This document shows positions 36,226 to 45,002 of a stretch of DNA of 64,000 nt, in pieces. The position numbers were made by a program, and so were the translations under genes. Source of the DNA: an uncultured Maribacter sp. (lineage in GTDB: Bacteria; Bacteroidota; Bacteroidia; Flavobacteriales; Flavobacteriaceae); NCBI GenBank assembly GCA_964507115.1, contig CAZDOW010000001.1:20806-84805 (forward strand), written 5' to 3'. Below the pieces are notes generated by a model. The model did not search any database, had not been told where the DNA came from, and was given only the letters and a program-made list of their open reading frames with translations. Positions within the stretch are counted from its first letter, which is position 1, and the number at the start of each line of letters is the position of its first letter.

Positions 36226-36845
36226 TTTTCTTCTGAATTATATTTTTTGTATTGCGTATTATATACTTCTTGGGTATCAATATCAACGGTTTGTTCATCT
36301 GCATCCAAAACTATCATTTTATCCTTGTATTTGGACATGACATACCTAGCTCCAAAATCTTCTTTCAAATGTATTAATTCCCGTGCTATTTTTATATCAA
36401 AAATTGCAGGAACACCTGGTTTTTTTTGATATTTAGTAGCTACTATAGACATATCACCAGCCTTAAATACCTGTAGTATTTCTTTATAATATTCACTGGT
36501 CAATAGTGGCTGGTCTGCCAAACAAATCAGTATTCCATCAAGCTGGTGCTCTAGTTTTAAAACAAAATCAACCCCATGAGAAATACTACTGCCAAGTCCG
36601 TTTCGCCACTGGTCATTTTCAATAAGAACAACAGGTTGCGAAGCCAATCTGGTTTTTGTCTTAATTACATCCGAATTAGCGCCCAATACCATGTATATAT
36701 GTTCTTGCTGTACTTCTAAAAGTATGTTTAGGCTATGCAACAACAAGTTAGTGCCTTTCCAAGGCAACAACTGCTTTATATCTTTCATACGAGAAGATTC
36801 GCCTGCGGCCATAATCAAGATCGCTATATTGATACGGTTTTTCAA
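36222..36845 (-). CDS. MobA/MocA-like nucleotidyltransferase (molybdenum cofactor cytidylyltransferase-like)
   Basis: N-terminal IAILIMAAGESSRM..KQLLPW motif and central CLADQP. It has a TTG start within a TTGA overlap with the XdhC stop. Confidence 0.7.
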   Translation of the reverse strand: MKNRINIAILIMAAGESSRMKDIKQLLPWKGTNLLLHSLNILLEVQQEHIYMVLGANSDVIKTKTRLASQPVVLIENDQWRNGLGSSISHGVDFVLKLEHQLDGILICLADQPLLTSEYYKEILQVFKAGDMSIVATKYQKKPGVPAIFDIKIARELIHLKEDFGARYVMSKYKDKMIVLDADEQTVDIDTQEVYNTQYKKYNSEEK

Positions 36846-37852
36846 TTGTGAATTCCTTGTTTTTTATCTCGTAACATCATGGGGTGTTGCTTGCGTATGA
36901 CTGCCAGTATTTCAGCAAGAATGGCAATGGCAATTTCCTCAGGTGCCTCTGCCCCAATATTTAATCCGGCGGGACCATGAATCGTATCAAAAAACTCGAA
37001 ATCATCTTCTGGATAGCGTTCCATGTATTCGCTGAATAGTTTTTCTCTTCGTTTAGAGGGTCCCAAAAGGCCAAAATACATGGATTGTGTATTCTTAAGA
37101 GTTTGTAAATATTTTAGATCCTTCACATAGCTATGAGTCATGAGTACTAAAGCGGTCTGGCCATCAATCTGATCAATAGGTAATGCAGCAGGTTCTACAT
37201 TCCATAGCTCCTGGATGCCTGGGAAATCGCTAATAATTTTCTCCTCAGCGGGGATGGTCGCTACAACTACTTCCCAACCAAGACCAGCAGCTAAATGAGC
37301 TAGTTTTACAGTATCGTGCTCGCCCCCAATAATAACCAACTTATATATCGGCTGCATAGTTTGTTGAAAAAGTTCTATTTCGGAATTAAATTCAATATGA
37401 GGTTGAAAATGAATAAGTGCCCCGCCTATTTCAAGATAGGAACCTAAATTAGTAAGCTCGCCATACTCCTTTATATATTGCGAACTTACTGTAAAACTGG
37501 TTCTTTCACTAAAGGCAGCTTGCACTGTATTTAAATCTGTTTTGTTTAGCTCAAAAGGTTCTAATAAAATATAAAGAATACCTTCGCATCCCAAGCGAAA
37601 TCTTCCATCATACGTCATCATTTTAGCCTTTCCGGTAGTAAAAACACTTGCGGCTTGGAACATAACTTCCTTCTCTACACAACCACCGCTTACAGCCCCG
37701 GTGAGCTTCCCATTATCGGAAAGCAACATACGTACTCCAGGTCTTCTATAGGATGAACCATCCAAAGCCACTACGGTGGCCAAAACAGATTTATTTCCCT
37801 GTTTTTTATTGCTTATAAATCCCTCAACAATTTTTTTGAATTCGTGCGTCAT
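36842..37852 (-). CDS. XdhC/CoxI family molybdoenzyme maturation factor
   Basis: LATVV..DGSSYRRPG, then GAVSGGC.E and a Rossmann-like KLVIIGGEHD. The track ORF opens at TTG 37900. I prefer ATG 37852 (MTHEFKKIVEG...). Confidence 0.8.
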   Translation of the reverse strand: MTHEFKKIVEGFISNKKQGNKSVLATVVALDGSSYRRPGVRMLLSDNGKLTGAVSGGCVEKEVMFQAASVFTTGKAKMMTYDGRFRLGCEGILYILLEPFELNKTDLNTVQAAFSERTSFTVSSQYIKEYGELTNLGSYLEIGGALIHFQPHIEFNSEIELFQQTMQPIYKLVIIGGEHDTVKLAHLAAGLGWEVVVATIPAEEKIISDFPGIQELWNVEPAALPIDQIDGQTALVLMTHSYVKDLKYLQTLKNTQSMYFGLLGPSKRREKLFSEYMERYPEDDFEFFDTIHGPAGLNIGAEAPEEIAIAILAEILAVIRKQHPMMLRDKKQGIHN

Positions 37853-38029
37853 ATATTCGACCAAGACTTTTAATTGAACAATCAATTCAATATGTGTCAA
37901 ATTACCTTTTTTCCGTTTGTTCCGAAGGTGGATTGAGCTTCTTTAACAATGTTTAACATAATAAATAAAACTACCGATAATTTCTGAGCGGAAAGTGCGT
38001 TAATTTTGTTGAACACAAAATGTATAATT

Positions 38030-39121
38030 ATGAAATTGTTCTTTAGAACGTTTACTACCCTATTATTTGTTTCTCTTTTTGTTTCCTGTGGAAATGCAGA
38101 TGATGATATTGATTTAAACTTGAACCTAGGTGATGGTTTAGGACAAGGAAAGCCAGTTGACGATTGTTTAGGATTAGATGAGGGAGAACTGGTATTGTCT
38201 ATACAGGACCAATTTACAACTGCTCCAGGTAAAGTATCCATTTTTTTTAAGGTATCCGATACCAATGGAACTCCAGTTCCTGGATTAACAGCAAATCAGT
38301 TTACAATTTACGAGCAAGGCAGGAACGATGATTGTTTCAATACCATTTCTACCTCTGAATCTTTTGCACGTATTTCGCCCAATTCGCAGATATTCAACAA
38401 TAACACCTTATTGGTACTAGACCTTAGCAATAGTGTATTGAGCAGTAGTCTGGAAGAGTTAAAGGTTGCAAGTACCAGTTTTGTTAATAATGTGATGCCA
38501 GAAACACCACAGGAATCAAACAAAATGGCTATTTATTGGTTTGATGGTGAAGACATATTACACCTGTTGAATGAACTAAGCTCTTCTAGATTGGAATTAA
38601 TTGCTTCCATTGACGGAATTACGAACGAAATCAGCTCCGATCCTTCAACAGACCTTTACGGCGCTGTAATAAAATCTACGGATATCGCTTCTGACCTAAT
38701 TAAATCAACAACAGCCAATGGTAATATTGGTGCAGCGTCTGTAGTCATCTTTACCGATGGTACAGATCAAGCCTCTCGTTTTTCAGAGACCGCAGCCTTG
38801 AAGAAGGTAAATGATGCTAATTCTAACATTTCGTTTTTCAGTATAGGATTGGGAAGTGAGATTGATGCGCAAGTTTTAACAGATATTGGTAAAACCGCAT
38901 CTGTTTTTGCTACGAATAAAGAGCAGCTAGAAGATACTTTTAACGATATTTCTGATAAGGTATCTCAAAGAGCAAACAGCTTTTATCTTTTTGAATATTG
39001 TAGCCCTAAACGTGATGGTAGTGGAGAAAACAATCTTGCCATACAAGTAAAAACTGGAGCTAGTGAAGGTGCTGTACAGACTAAATTTAACGCTAAAGGT
39101 TTTACTGGAGGGTGTGAATAA
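38030..39121 (+). CDS. von Willebrand factor A (vWA) domain lipoprotein
   Basis: Lipoprotein signal MKLFFRTFTTLLFVSLFVSC. MIDAS motif LLVLDLSNSV, then ...VIFTDGTDQ. The track ORF begins at TTG 38006. Confidence 0.75.
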   Translation: MKLFFRTFTTLLFVSLFVSCGNADDDIDLNLNLGDGLGQGKPVDDCLGLDEGELVLSIQDQFTTAPGKVSIFFKVSDTNGTPVPGLTANQFTIYEQGRNDDCFNTISTSESFARISPNSQIFNNNTLLVLDLSNSVLSSSLEELKVASTSFVNNVMPETPQESNKMAIYWFDGEDILHLLNELSSSRLELIASIDGITNEISSDPSTDLYGAVIKSTDIASDLIKSTTANGNIGAASVVIFTDGTDQASRFSETAALKKVNDANSNISFFSIGLGSEIDAQVLTDIGKTASVFATNKEQLEDTFNDISDKVSQRANSFYLFEYCSPKRDGSGENNLAIQVKTGASEGAVQTKFNAKGFTGGCE

Positions 39122-39142
39122 AAGATACATAACGATTTAAAA

Positions 39143-39167
39143 AGAGGCCTATCGGCCTCTTTTTTTA
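39143..39167 (+). terminator. Rho-independent terminator after the vWA gene
   Basis: AGAGGCC-TATC-GGCCTCT followed by TTTTTTT. Confidence 0.85.
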
Positions 39168-39323
39168 TGCCGAATATTTAAGTATTAACCAACTAGAAAC
39201 CAATTATTAAGAGTTAAAAACGGAACGAGTTCTAAGAAACTAAAAAGATTATAAACGTCCGTTCATCGATTTTTCCCGTAAATGGATTTGAGAATACGCG
39301 TATAAATCTTAAATAACGATAAA

Positions 39324-40151
39324 ATGAAAAAAACAGCAGTAGTAGGAATAGTTTCCATAGCCCTTTTAGCTTCATGTGTATCTAAAAAGAAATATGTAGC
39401 CCTAGAGGACAATTTGTCCCAGACTAAGAGTATGCTAACCAAGACCCAGGTAGAAAAGGAAGAATTGGAAGGTAAGTTCGCCAAAATAGAAACACGTGTT
39501 GCAGAGTACAACTCCAAAATAAACTCTTTAAAAGAGATTAACGACTCGCAGTATACTTCCGTTGGCGATGTTGCCGTAATGAGCAACAACACAAAGGCTA
39601 ATATGCGTAAGACCTTGAAAAATGTTGATCAAGCTAAATTGGCGCAAGCAACAAGTCTGCAGGATTCCATGAATTTGGCTGTTTCCTATAAACTTCAGCA
39701 GTCTATCTCCGATGGTAACGAAGATGTAAACGTTAGCATAGATAAAACAGTAGTAATGATTAACATTTCCGACGAGCTTTTGTTTAACACCGCCAGCTTT
39801 AAAGTGAGTAATAGGGCTGAGAAAATCCTTAGCAAGTTGGCAGAGGTAATCAAATCTGAGCCTAGTATGGAAGTTATGGTAGAGGGACATACCGATGCTA
39901 GAACTATTAACACTCCCATGGTAACCGATAACTGGGACCTTAGCGTAAAAAGAGCCACGTCTATTGTTCGTGAGTTACAAAAAAAGTACGATGTAAACCC
40001 TAAGCAATTGATTGCGGCTGGTAGAAGTAGCTACCTACCTTTGGTAGAAAACGATTCAAAAGAGAACATGGCTAAGAACAGAAGAACAAAAATTATTATC
40101 CTTCCAAATTTGGATAAATTCTTTGCCCTATTGGATTCAGAAACCTTGTAG
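39324..40151 (+). CDS. OmpA/MotB-family peptidoglycan-binding lipoprotein with N-terminal coiled coil
   Basis: Lipoprotein signal (LLASC). The C-terminal OmpA_C motif reads VEGHTDA....TPMVTDNWDLSVKRATSIV...AAGRS...P......ENMAKNRRTKIII. Confidence 0.85.
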   Translation: MKKTAVVGIVSIALLASCVSKKKYVALEDNLSQTKSMLTKTQVEKEELEGKFAKIETRVAEYNSKINSLKEINDSQYTSVGDVAVMSNNTKANMRKTLKNVDQAKLAQATSLQDSMNLAVSYKLQQSISDGNEDVNVSIDKTVVMINISDELLFNTASFKVSNRAEKILSKLAEVIKSEPSMEVMVEGHTDARTINTPMVTDNWDLSVKRATSIVRELQKKYDVNPKQLIAAGRSSYLPLVENDSKENMAKNRRTKIIILPNLDKFFALLDSETL

Positions 40152-40175
40152 AAAGTATCTTGAAAATAGTAAAAA

Positions 40176-40200
40176 GGGAGGCTTTGGCTTCCCTTTTTTT
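40176..40200 (+). terminator. Rho-independent terminator after the OmpA-family gene
   Basis: GGGAGGC-TTTG-GCTTCCC (one G.U pair) followed by TTTTTTT. An A-run precedes it. Confidence 0.8.
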
Positions 40201-40364
40201 ATGACAAATTTTGAAAATCTTTAAATAACAAGCAGTTGAGATATGATATGATTTCAGTAGACTTTAAGTAGGGTTTTCCAACTCTTAGTTGTTTTACTAA
40301 TGACCCCAAACAAAACCAATACACATCCTAAAAACTATGATACGAACTCTTAAAACTAAAAATC

Positions 40365-40532
40365 ATGGATGTATTCAACGAAATTATCAGAAATAGCGCC
40401 GTAAGCTTACTCTCAACACTATATAAGAATCTTGTATTACTGCTTTTTTCTTTAATCATAGTAACCTTATTCGCTATGTTGGTCATTTTATTGCGCTACG
40501 GTTCACAAATGACACTTCAATTTGGCTACTAA
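40365..40532 (+). CDS. Candidate small membrane protein (55 aa, below the ORF-track cut-off)
   Basis: ATG 40365 to TAA 40530-40532 reads MDVFNEIIRNSAVSLLSTLYKNLVLLLFSLIIVTLFAMLVILLRYGSQMTLQFGY, with one clear TM helix followed by a basic residue. No promoter box was recognised. Confidence 0.3.
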   Translation: MDVFNEIIRNSAVSLLSTLYKNLVLLLFSLIIVTLFAMLVILLRYGSQMTLQFGY

Positions 40533-40537
40533 TAGCT

Positions 40538-42001
40538 TTACTTATAAATCATAGCATTAGGAATTGTAGGTTCTCCCTGTTTTAAATCAATTAGAAAACC
40601 ATTGATAATAGCATACGCTAGAACACCTTCTTTTTCAAGGAAAAAAGTAGGGTTTGAACCAGGTTGTAATCGAAGTTCTGGTATTTCATATGCTTTTCCA
40701 ATAATATGAAATGGCAAAGGAGAATTCAAAATAGTAGAAGGAATTTTTACCATTCTAATGTATCCATAACCCTTTCTTAAAACCTCAGAAAAATTAAGGT
40801 CTTTCGCATCCTCCAGAGTGTATAGCACCTTCGGATACAGTTTAGCGGGTTTAATTTTAAAGTCACTCGCATCCAAGGTTTCATAGCCATAATACGTAGA
40901 TAAATCGCCCTGATCCACAACGCGACTACTGTACCAAAAACTATTGTGCCCTTCATAATCCACTTCCAATTGATTAATGCCCAAATCAATTTTATAATCA
41001 TTTCCTAAGAGTTTGTATTGCGCTCCAATAAGTTTTAAATCAAATAATTTTCTGTCATTCTCGGGAATTTTCTCATATTCTGAAATTGGAATATCCTTGT
41101 AGTTTCCTTTTGCTATTGTATAAATGGCAGACAAGATTGAAACGTAATTAAGCTTTCTAATTTCCTGTTTTTCAGTATCATTTGGATAACCGCCCGACTC
41201 AATTAAAATAGTGCTTGTTCCCCATTTTTGAATATTATCCCCAAAGGCCCTTGGCTCAAAATCATCATTATATCTTCCTACCTGCCCTGGTGCATATTGC
41301 TGTAAAATGTTATTCATAAAAACAATAATCTTCATAGCATTACCCCTAACTTCATTAATATCCTTCTCATAGTTATACGCTGGCGCTAAATATGAAATCG
41401 TAGCCGGTTTCTCCGTGCGATTGGCGTTGTAATAAGTACTTTGATCGTGGAGGTTAAAACCGAAGTCGGCATCCAAACTATCCCTAACTCTTTTTAAGGT
41501 CTGTCCTTCGGGAGATTGCAAGCGTAAGGCATCCCTATTTATATCAATACCCAAAAGATTTCTTCTCTGAAACAGTTCCGCACCGTCCGGATTGAGCATG
41601 GGAAGAAAATGAATAGTAAGGTTATCCAATATGGCTTTCTTTTCTTGTTTAAAATCTGAGCTATCAAAGAAATTCAGTATATCAAAAATAGCCTGTGTAG
41701 CGGTTGGTTCGTCACCATGCATTTGCGACCATAGAAAGACACTGGTTTGTCCTTTTCCTAAACTAATCAAAGACAAACTTTTCCCCTCAATGGACGTTCC
41801 TACTTGAGACACTTTAAATCTTGAATTTGTCTTTATTTTTCTAAGTAATGGAGCTAAATCGGAATGCTTTATCCTTCTCTTATTCAAGGATTCCTCCTTA
41901 TAACTATCATAGGTATCGTAAAGTTCTGTGGTAATATCTTGAGTCTGGGCTATTCCTAAAAAGGGAAATAAGGAAATGAGAAAGAGGGCTAAATATTTCA
42001 T
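40538..42001 (-). CDS. M14 family zinc carboxypeptidase, secreted
   Basis: Zinc motif QMHGDEP (HxxE) and a downstream LHDQ region. ATG 42001 gives signal MKYLALFLISLFPFLGIAQ. The ORF opens at ATG 42046. Confidence 0.75.
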   Translation of the reverse strand: MKYLALFLISLFPFLGIAQTQDITTELYDTYDSYKEESLNKRRIKHSDLAPLLRKIKTNSRFKVSQVGTSIEGKSLSLISLGKGQTSVFLWSQMHGDEPTATQAIFDILNFFDSSDFKQEKKAILDNLTIHFLPMLNPDGAELFQRRNLLGIDINRDALRLQSPEGQTLKRVRDSLDADFGFNLHDQSTYYNANRTEKPATISYLAPAYNYEKDINEVRGNAMKIIVFMNNILQQYAPGQVGRYNDDFEPRAFGDNIQKWGTSTILIESGGYPNDTEKQEIRKLNYVSILSAIYTIAKGNYKDIPISEYEKIPENDRKLFDLKLIGAQYKLLGNDYKIDLGINQLEVDYEGHNSFWYSSRVVDQGDLSTYYGYETLDASDFKIKPAKLYPKVLYTLEDAKDLNFSEVLRKGYGYIRMVKIPSTILNSPLPFHIIGKAYEIPELRLQPGSNPTFFLEKEGVLAYAIINGFLIDLKQGEPTIPNAMIYK

Positions 42002-42070
42002 TTTACTAGTTAGTTTAAATCGTATTGTAAAAATAACGCAATCCATTTGAACCTTGTGCTACAGAAGATG

Positions 42071-42730
42071 CTATGATTTTGGTAAAGGTTTAAAATTGAG
42101 ATCTACTACCGCATGTCTTACCTTTCCCATAAAATCGATTCCAGGATCCGTTTTTACCGTACGGTAACCACTATCTTTCTCCAACCAAAGCTGATGATTT
42201 TCAAAAAGAGTGTATTCGTAGTGCCCTATAAGATATTCTATATCGTATTTATTTGACAAATAGCGCACCAACAATATATTGGATTTTAATTGTGCTTTGG
42301 TCAAGGGTTGGCCAGTATCGCCACCAACATTCTCAACACCAATAGCACAATGATTTAATCCTATAACATGCCGCGCCATTGTAGTTTCTGGTAACAATCT
42401 ATAAATAGTACCATCCCGATCTACCATAAATTGGGAGGAAACATTCAGTGAACTTACATTTTTAATATCCGGGCGCCAATTTGGTAGTTTTGAATTTTCA
42501 AAAGCTTCGAACGATTTTTGTAGTGTTGGAATAACGGTCCAGTGCAACACAATTATTTTAGGTACTATTTCCGGGCTATCGGTTTCAAGACCATAGCGTT
42601 GTTGAAGATACTCTAGTGTCAATAGTTTGCGTTCCTCATCAAAAACTATAGGTTTATCTATGATACTTACTGCCGATTTGCATGACAAAACAACTAACGC
42701 ACTACTGATAAAAAGTAAAAATATTCTCAT
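42071..42730 (-). CDS. N-acetylmuramoyl-L-alanine amidase (amidase_2 / AmpD-PGRP fold), secreted
   Basis: IVLHWT...ARHV.G.N...IG.E..G and GH.E...... KTDPG pattern. Lipoprotein-like signal (VVLSC). Confidence 0.7.
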   Translation of the reverse strand: MRIFLLFISSALVVLSCKSAVSIIDKPIVFDEERKLLTLEYLQQRYGLETDSPEIVPKIIVLHWTVIPTLQKSFEAFENSKLPNWRPDIKNVSSLNVSSQFMVDRDGTIYRLLPETTMARHVIGLNHCAIGVENVGGDTGQPLTKAQLKSNILLVRYLSNKYDIEYLIGHYEYTLFENHQLWLEKDSGYRTVKTDPGIDFMGKVRHAVVDLNFKPLPKS

Positions 42731-43155
42731 TTTTTAAGTGTATTAAAAGTGTCCTTTTTTACTCTGTACTTAATTTCTACTTTCCTTCTACCCCATTGCG
42801 TTGCATTTTTAATATTTTCACCCATGTAAATATCTATTCGATTCCTCCATCTTGGATGCATTTTATCTTTTACGACGTAAACCCCTTTAAAAGTATCGAT
42901 TTTGACCAAGGTATTATAGCCTAATCCTTTTTTTAAAAGATCTCTGGATACGGCAATCCACTTTACGCCCGGTTTTATGGAGTCTCCCCATGCTGTAATT
43001 CCAGGATGTTCATAGGATGTTTGTGCTGGGGTTGAATTATACGCCGTTGAGCTCACAATTAAAGGCAACCATTGATACACGTCCTCTTGCTCAACTGATT
43101 CCTTACAAGAACAGCATAAACAAATCGCCAACAGGAATAGAATTACTTTACACAT
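42727..43155 (-). CDS. 3D-domain (MltA/RlpA-like double-psi beta-barrel) lipoprotein
   Basis: SSTAYNS....T........GITAWGD.I.PG...IAVSRDL and IDIYMG, typical of 3D domains. There is a 4-nt overlap with the amidase gene. Confidence 0.65.
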   Translation of the reverse strand: MCKVILFLLAICLCCSCKESVEQEDVYQWLPLIVSSTAYNSTPAQTSYEHPGITAWGDSIKPGVKWIAVSRDLLKKGLGYNTLVKIDTFKGVYVVKDKMHPRWRNRIDIYMGENIKNATQWGRRKVEIKYRVKKDTFNTLKK

Positions 43156-43183
43156 AGTGCATGTTTGAGCTAAATATCTACAT

Positions 43184-43201
43184 AATAAAAACTAGTTTTT
43201 A
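43184..43201. promoter_or_regulatory. Perfect 18-bp palindrome ATAAAAACTAGTTTTTAT in a divergent promoter region
   Basis: Self-complementary. Lies 29 nt upstream of the 3D-domain gene ATG (43155) and 123 nt upstream of ATG 43324. Confidence 0.3.
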
Positions 43202-43307
43202 TCGATGGATTAAAATATACATTTTTTTACAAAGTATTTAATTTAAGTAGCAATAAGTTCTTCTACTTCTAAAGCCCCTTTTCTTTTCGAGAATTCCGGT
43301 GTTTTGG

Positions 43308-43315
43308 TTAATTTT
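43308..43315 (+). promoter_or_regulatory. -7 promoter box TAATTTTG
   Basis: Exact TAnnTTTG, 9 nt upstream of ATG 43324. Confidence 0.4.
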
Positions 43316-43323
43316 GCACTGCT

Positions 43324-43725
43324 ATGGAGAAAAATAAAAAACCAGATTACATCGTTTTTGATGAGAAGACCCAATCCTACAATGGTAAGTTACTGCCTTA
43401 TTCCAGTAGTGTTGCTGCGCCAAAGATTACCCCGCCAGATGTCACTTCTTGGAAAAACACAAATATTGTTAGTGCAAATAATCAATTTAAGGCGCAATAC
43501 GAAGCCATACAGGAAGAATACAAACGCATGATGAATGAGTTTGAATACAACAACTTGGTGTATAGCGCAAAATTTAATTTTGAACCGATAGTAGGTAAAA
43601 TTTATCACTTATATCGTTCTAAAGACGATAGTACTTTTCTATCATTGATTTTGCCAAATGAGTGTACTTTTGAGCATTTGGGTGGTTTTAGGTTAGGGCC
43701 AAATAGAACTTGGGAAAAATTATAA
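43324..43725 (+). CDS. Conserved hypothetical protein
   Basis: 133-aa ORF with coding-like composition and its own -7 box. No motif recognised with confidence. Confidence 0.55.
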   Translation: MEKNKKPDYIVFDEKTQSYNGKLLPYSSSVAAPKITPPDVTSWKNTNIVSANNQFKAQYEAIQEEYKRMMNEFEYNNLVYSAKFNFEPIVGKIYHLYRSKDDSTFLSLILPNECTFEHLGGFRLGPNRTWEKL

Positions 43726-44595
43726 GCCAGGTAAGGGTACATAGCTAGAATCTCCTTGAATCATTGGAAAGGTTTTGTCTTTCCACTGAGTCTTCGCTTT
43801 TTCTATCTTCTCCTTGTCATGCGAGACAAAATTCCAGTATATATGAGGTTCTTCAGGAAAAGGTTCTCCCCCAAAAAGTAACAAATGTGTATTGGCATGC
43901 ACAATAGTTTTACAAGTATCCTCTACCTTACTCACTAATATATTTCCTTTTTCTACAACTTGGCCACAGGCTTCTATACTACCTTCTACAATACAAATTC
44001 CTATTTCTCCCTTTAGATTGTCCAAGGTATTCAGTTTATAGTGCGTTGTGGTTTTAATTTCAATCATAAACAAGGGCGAATGAACAGGAACTGGAGATTT
44101 TTTCCCAAACCCTTCCCCGGCGACTAAAGTGAAACTGGCAGGGCCATCCTGCCAAGCAGGTAAGTCCTTCCCTTCAATATGATGAAATTCAGGCGCTATG
44201 TCCTCCAAATGTTTTGGAAGGGCAACCCAAATCTGGTACCCATGGGCAGTAAAAACAGTGTTATTTCTAAGGTGATTTGGAGTACGTTCTGTATGAGAAA
44301 CACCGCTGCCAGCTACCATCCAATTTACTGATCCTGGCTGTATCAACTGTTTTGTGCCAATGCTATCTTCATGTAACACTTCACCCTCCAACATAAGGGT
44401 AAGCGTAGAAAGACCTATATGAGGATGTTGGTCTACATCCATATACGATTTTGGACCCAGTTGTGTTGGTCCCATATGGTCTATAAATATAAAGGGACCT
44501 ATCATTCGCTTCTTTCGGAAGGGAATCAACCTACCTACCAAAAAATCCCCGATATCCCTACTCCGCTCAGCTATAATCAATCCAATATTTGACAT
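43720..44595 (-). CDS. Pirin family protein (cupin; quercetinase-like)
   Basis: HPHIGLSTLTLMLEGEVLHEDSIG matches the pirin metal-binding HPH...E signature. It has two cupin halves. Confidence 0.85.
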   Translation of the reverse strand: MSNIGLIIAERSRDIGDFLVGRLIPFRKKRMIGPFIFIDHMGPTQLGPKSYMDVDQHPHIGLSTLTLMLEGEVLHEDSIGTKQLIQPGSVNWMVAGSGVSHTERTPNHLRNNTVFTAHGYQIWVALPKHLEDIAPEFHHIEGKDLPAWQDGPASFTLVAGEGFGKKSPVPVHSPLFMIEIKTTTHYKLNTLDNLKGEIGICIVEGSIEACGQVVEKGNILVSKVEDTCKTIVHANTHLLLFGGEPFPEEPHIYWNFVSHDKEKIEKAKTQWKDKTFPMIQGDSSYVPLPGL

Positions 44596-44891
44596 TCTAG
44601 TTTTTGATTAAATCTAAAAAAGTCTATAAAAAGAGGTTTTAAAAAAAGTTAGTTTATGAGACTAATAGCATCTTATATCTTAAGTTTACTTACTAATGAT
44701 CAATCTAAAATTCAGTTATTAAGTACATTCAAAAGAACGGTTTGACTTATAATTGTGCACTTAATCTTATACACCACAAAATTCCCTTAGTTCACAACAA
44801 TAGTTTCGCACATCTTGTCTTTCGTACTACTTTTACTATGTAATAAAAACGAAATATAATTTTTTCATTTTCATATAGTGTTCTCGTAAAG

Positions 44892-44922
44892 GAGTCTAAT
44901 CTTAATTGATTGGACTCTTTTT
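44892..44922. terminator. Strong hairpin + T-run, plus-strand polarity, in the menB/pirin intergenic region
   Basis: GAGTCTAATC-TTAATT-GATTGGACTC (10 bp with one G.U pair) followed by TTTTT on the plus strand. On the minus strand only CTTT follows it. Confidence 0.5.
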
Positions 44923-45002
44923 AGTTTACAGCAATAGTTAGCAAAAAAAATAGCTACGTTAACTTATAATCAGCATTAATAATCCTATATTTTAATACTG
45001 TT

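Noticed and set aside
37897-38265. 122-aa minus-strand ORF upstream of XdhC, overlapping its TTG by 4 nt.
   Set aside because: It is antisense to the well-supported vWA lipoprotein gene over most of its length. Its composition is Ser/Pro/Asn-rich low complexity with no motif. The XdhC start is more likely ATG 37852.
43720-43725. The convergent genes at 43324-43725 (+) and 43720-44595 (-) overlap, with both stop codons falling inside the palindrome TTATAA.
   Set aside because: The observation is real but is a trivial consequence of TAA stops on both strands. No regulatory implication can be supported.
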